DNA from: Chloroflexota bacterium
Lineage (GTDB): Bacteria; Chloroflexota; UBA11872; VXNJ01
Assembly: GCA_965261345.1 (NCBI GenBank)
Contig: OZ253449.1
Location: 1,216,001 to 1,280,000, forward strand
DNA length: 64,000 bases
Reading direction: 5' to 3'
Shown: positions 60,786 to 64,000 of the stretch, one piece after another
Layout of the letters: each line of letters begins with the position of its first letter
How positions within the stretch are numbered: the stretch's first letter is position 1
Position numbers and translations under genes: made by a program
Notes under the pieces: model-generated
Told to the model about the DNA's origin: nothing
The model's database searches: none
Seen by the model: only the letters and a program-made list of their open reading frames with translations

Positions 60786-63029
60786 TTGCCCACCGCCAAA
60801 TCGACGGCCCGCACTTCCAAGCGGGCCCCCCAGGCCGATCCGCAAACCCCGGCCGGGGCTTGGTTCCTGCTGGCGGCCCTGTCGTCGGCCCTTCTGGCCG
60901 GCGCCGGCGTGATCGTGCCGCTGCTGCCCGATCATCCGCTGGCCCAATTCCCGGCCCAGATCTTCTATCTGGCGCTGGGCCGGGCCGGGCTCCCGGCGAT
61001 GCTTATCCTGCTGGTGCTTAGCCTGGTGGCGGCGTTTGCGCTGGCCCTGCAACGCCCGATTGTCAGCCCGCTGCAGACGTCGCTGGCGCTGGCCCTGATC
61101 GTGACCCTGGCGGCATTTGAATCGCTGCTCTCGCTGGCCGGCGGCGGCGATTTGCAGGCCGGCGGGCTGGTTGGATCGATGCTGGGTTCGGCCTTGGCGG
61201 CGGTTTTCCCGGCTGGCCTCGGAGTGGCCCTCTGCGCCCTGGCGGCGATCGGACTGGCGACCTGGGCGCTTGTTGCCTCGGATTGGGCGCAAAGCCACCT
61301 GGGTTGGGTCGGCGCCAAGGGGATTGCCGGCGGTCGAGCCACCGGCCGCCGGATTGATGCGATGGCCACCTGGCTCAACCAGCGGTTCGATCCCGACGCC
61401 GAGGACGCGGCGGCCGCGCAGCCGGAGGCGGCGAGCGCGGTTGTCGACCCAGCGGCCGATGCGGACCCGGAGCCGCCGGCGATGGCTGGGGAATTGCCCG
61501 GGCCGGGCCTGGTGATCAAACAACCGGCGCTTGCGCAGGGTTCGGCGATGGCATCGCGTGGCATCCCGATTCCGTTGACCGGTCAATCCGGATGGGTTCT
61601 GCCGCCGCCCGACATTTTCGAAGTACCTGGCCGGCGCGAGAGGGTATCGCACTCTGAGATCACTGAGAACGCGACGATCATCGAGGAGACCCTGGCGAAC
61701 TTCAAAGTCGACGTCCGGGTAGTCGAGGCGATCCCCGGACCGGTGGTGACCCAGTATTGCATCGCCCCGGCGGCCGGGGTGCGCGTGACTCACATCACCC
61801 GCCATTCCGACGATCTGGCGCTGGCCCTTGCGGCCCGCAGCATAAGAATTGAATCGCCAATTCCGGGCCGCCCGTTCGTTGGACTGGAGATCCCCAACCG
61901 CGATCCGTCGGTGGTAACGATCCGCGAGCTGCTTGAATCGCGCGAATTCGTCGAGGACCGCACCGCGCTCAAGATCGCGCTCGGAAAAGACGTGGCCGAT
62001 CACTCCCAGGTCCGCTCGCTGGCCCGGATGCCGCACCTGTTAATTGCCGGATCGACCGGATCGGGCAAGTCGGTATTCCTCAACACCGTCTTGATTTCGC
62101 TGCTCTGCCAGTACACCCCGGATGAGCTGAAGTTGGTGCTGATCGACCCCAAGATGGTTGAATTGGTCCCCTACAATGCCGTGCCGCACCTGCTCATGCC
62201 GGTAGTTTCGACGCCGGCCGATGCGGTCCCGGTGCTGTCCTGGGTACAGCAGGAGATGTCGCGTCGCTATCGCGTGCTGCGCGATTCGGGCCGTCGCAAC
62301 GTGGCCTCCTACAACGCCGATCCCAATCTCGGGCAGGATTCGAAACTGCCCTACCTGGTGGTGGTGGTTGACGAGATGGCCGACCTGATGATGACCGCGC
62401 CGGCCGAGATCGAGCTGTCGATCTGCCGCCTGGCCCAGATGGCCCGGGCGGTCGGAATCCACTTGGTAATCGCCACCCAGCGTCCCTCGGTCGACGTGAT
62501 CACCGGCCTGATTAAGGCCAACTTCCCCTCGCGCGTGGCCTTCTCGGTCTCCTCGCAGGTCGACTCGCGCACCATCCTCGACCACGCCGGGGCCGAAAAA
62601 CTGATGGGCCGCGGTGACATGCTCTTCAATTCCGCCGAACACGGCAGGAGCGTGCGGGTGCAGGGTGCGTTCGCATCCGACGATGACATCACCGAACTGG
62701 TGACCTTTTGGGTAAAGCAGGGCGAGGGCGAATATGTAAGTGCCGACGAGATCGCCAGCGCCATACCCTCGTCCAGCCCGATTGATGATTCTGAGCTGTA
62801 CCAGGAGGCCGTCAGCGTGGTGATGCAGTTCAATTACGCGTCGCCGGCGCTGCTGCAGCGCGAATTGAAACTGGGCGCCGGCAAGGCGACCGACTTGATC
62901 GGAAAGCTGGAAGCTGCCGGTATAGTGGGGCCACAGGAGGGTGAAAGCTCCTCGCGGGCGGTAATTGCCAAATCCAATCCGGCCGACCCGGTTGTCGTCG
63001 GATCCTCAGAGGTAGCCCCTGATGCTTGA
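60786..63029 (+). CDS. ftsK: DNA translocase FtsK/SpoIIIE
   Basis: N-terminal TM region, PHLLIAGSTGSGKS, IDPKMVEL, VDEMADLMM, ATQRPSVDVITG, GAEKL.GRGDML and a gamma domain. Confidence 0.96.
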   Translation: MPTAKSTARTSKRAPQADPQTPAGAWFLLAALSSALLAGAGVIVPLLPDHPLAQFPAQIFYLALGRAGLPAMLILLVLSLVAAFALALQRPIVSPLQTSLALALIVTLAAFESLLSLAGGGDLQAGGLVGSMLGSALAAVFPAGLGVALCALAAIGLATWALVASDWAQSHLGWVGAKGIAGGRATGRRIDAMATWLNQRFDPDAEDAAAAQPEAASAVVDPAADADPEPPAMAGELPGPGLVIKQPALAQGSAMASRGIPIPLTGQSGWVLPPPDIFEVPGRRERVSHSEITENATIIEETLANFKVDVRVVEAIPGPVVTQYCIAPAAGVRVTHITRHSDDLALALAARSIRIESPIPGRPFVGLEIPNRDPSVVTIRELLESREFVEDRTALKIALGKDVADHSQVRSLARMPHLLIAGSTGSGKSVFLNTVLISLLCQYTPDELKLVLIDPKMVELVPYNAVPHLLMPVVSTPADAVPVLSWVQQEMSRRYRVLRDSGRRNVASYNADPNLGQDSKLPYLVVVVDEMADLMMTAPAEIELSICRLAQMARAVGIHLVIATQRPSVDVITGLIKANFPSRVAFSVSSQVDSRTILDHAGAEKLMGRGDMLFNSAEHGRSVRVQGAFASDDDITELVTFWVKQGEGEYVSADEIASAIPSSSPIDDSELYQEAVSVVMQFNYASPALLQRELKLGAGKATDLIGKLEAAGIVGPQEGESSSRAVIAKSNPADPVVVGSSEVAPDA

Positions 63030-64000
63030 TGTGCAAGCCCTGCGCGAGGATTTCCCCGCGCTCTCGTCAATGACCTTCCTAAACAACGGGGCGGTGGGGA
63101 TCACCCCGGCCCCGGCGGTCGATGCGATGTGCCAGGCGTTGCGGTTCTCAGAGGAAGCCGGGCAGCACGCCTACTCGCATTTTGCCGAGGAGCGCGCCTC
63201 CGCACGGGCGGCGATGGCCAAATTCGTCGGCGCCGATCCGGACGAGATCGCCTTTGCCACCAATGCCACCGAGGCGGTCAACTGGATCGTGGCCGCGTTG
63301 GCCTTCCGTCCGGGCGAGGAGGTCTTAATCTCCGACTACGAGCACCCGGCGCTGGTGTATCCAGTCAGCTGGCAGCGCGATTTGGGGCGGATCCGAGCCA
63401 CCTACTTTGAGGTCTCGACCGATTCCGATCAGACCCTGGCGGCGGTGGAGGCGGCGATCACCCCGCTGACCCGGATGATTGCGGTCTCGCATGTGGAGCG
63501 TCACAACGGGGTGCGTTTGCCGGTCGAGGCGATCTGCCGGTTGGCCGCCGAACGCGGGATCCTCACCCTTATAGACGGAGCCCAGACGCTGGGGATGATC
63601 CCGGTGGACGTGCGCGCCGTCGGAGCTGATTTCTACATCGGCAACCTGCACAAGTGGTTGTGTGGTCCCAACGGAACCGGGCTGTTCTACGGTCGCGCCG
63701 ATCGTCTGCGCTTGCTCACCCAGGCCCATGTCGGGCCGACCCCGGGCAGCGACTGGGATCTGGTTGGCGGCCTCAACCTGCCGCTTACCGCCTCGCGCTT
63801 TGAATACGGCACTGCGACCGCCGCCCGCTACACCGGGGCGCTGGCCTCGCTTTCCTACCTGGGCGAGATCGGGTTCGACCGGATCGAACGGCAGCTGATT
63901 TGGCTCAAGACCCAAACCGAGAGCCTGATCGGCGACCATGGCTGGGAGGTCGTTTCGCCAACGCAATGGGAGCGCTCGTCGGCCTTGGTGGCGTTTGCCG
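63022..64000 (+). CDS. PLP-dependent class V aminotransferase (cysteine desulfurase/isopenicillin-N epimerase-like), 3' end runs off the window
   Basis: Manual translation MLDVQALREDFPAL..TFLNNGA...NATEA..EHP...SHV...DGAQ...GNLHKWLCGPNGTG...RFEYGT. Confidence 0.9.
   Translation, partial: MLDVQALREDFPALSSMTFLNNGAVGITPAPAVDAMCQALRFSEEAGQHAYSHFAEERASARAAMAKFVGADPDEIAFATNATEAVNWIVAALAFRPGEEVLISDYEHPALVYPVSWQRDLGRIRATYFEVSTDSDQTLAAVEAAITPLTRMIAVSHVERHNGVRLPVEAICRLAAERGILTLIDGAQTLGMIPVDVRAVGADFYIGNLHKWLCGPNGTGLFYGRADRLRLLTQAHVGPTPGSDWDLVGGLNLPLTASRFEYGTATAARYTGALASLSYLGEIGFDRIERQLIWLKTQTESLIGDHGWEVVSPTQWERSSALVAFA

Overview
A GC-rich (roughly two-thirds G+C by eye) bacterial chromosomal segment of mostly housekeeping and catabolic genes. 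I found no integrase, transposase, prophage or CRISPR array. Gene content suggests Chloroflexota, possibly host (sponge)-associated; this is an inference from the LGFP-like 'GGxxxFGYPxTE' surface repeats, a Pro/Thr-linker SH3 protein, a Cys-capped LRR surface protein and futalosine-type UbiD/UbiA genes. In order, the window holds: late menaquinone genes (ubiD/mqnL-like, DM13, ubiA/mqnP-like), aroD, a modular LRR surface protein, a glcD-like oxidase, tRNA-Arg(CCG), nucleotide-sugar genes (uxs-like, flippase, gmd), an NTase-trkA-trkA unit, frameshifted glyA, a YhaO/YhaN (Mre11/Rad50-like) pair, sulfatase/GH127 catabolic genes, amtB-glnK / glnA, two tandem enolase-superfamily paralogs, alaX-ileS, ricT-holB, and rpsO-pnp-dapB-asd-dapA-udg-rnj-ftsK. 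The most notable observations are: (i) PNPase with a ~200-aa RGG/FRGG tandem-repeat tail, near an Arg-tailed RicT and RNase J; (ii) an IleRS2 with a GVHH (not HxGH) signature plus an AMHRS (not KMSKS) loop, coupled to an AlaX editing gene; (iii) two unannotated rod-like intergenic RNA candidates and an S15-leader candidate; (iv) a DM13 protein coupled inside the quinone operon; and (v) a nucleotidyltransferase coupled to two RCK proteins with no channel gene nearby. All calls come from motif reading by eye; no database search or folding program was run.
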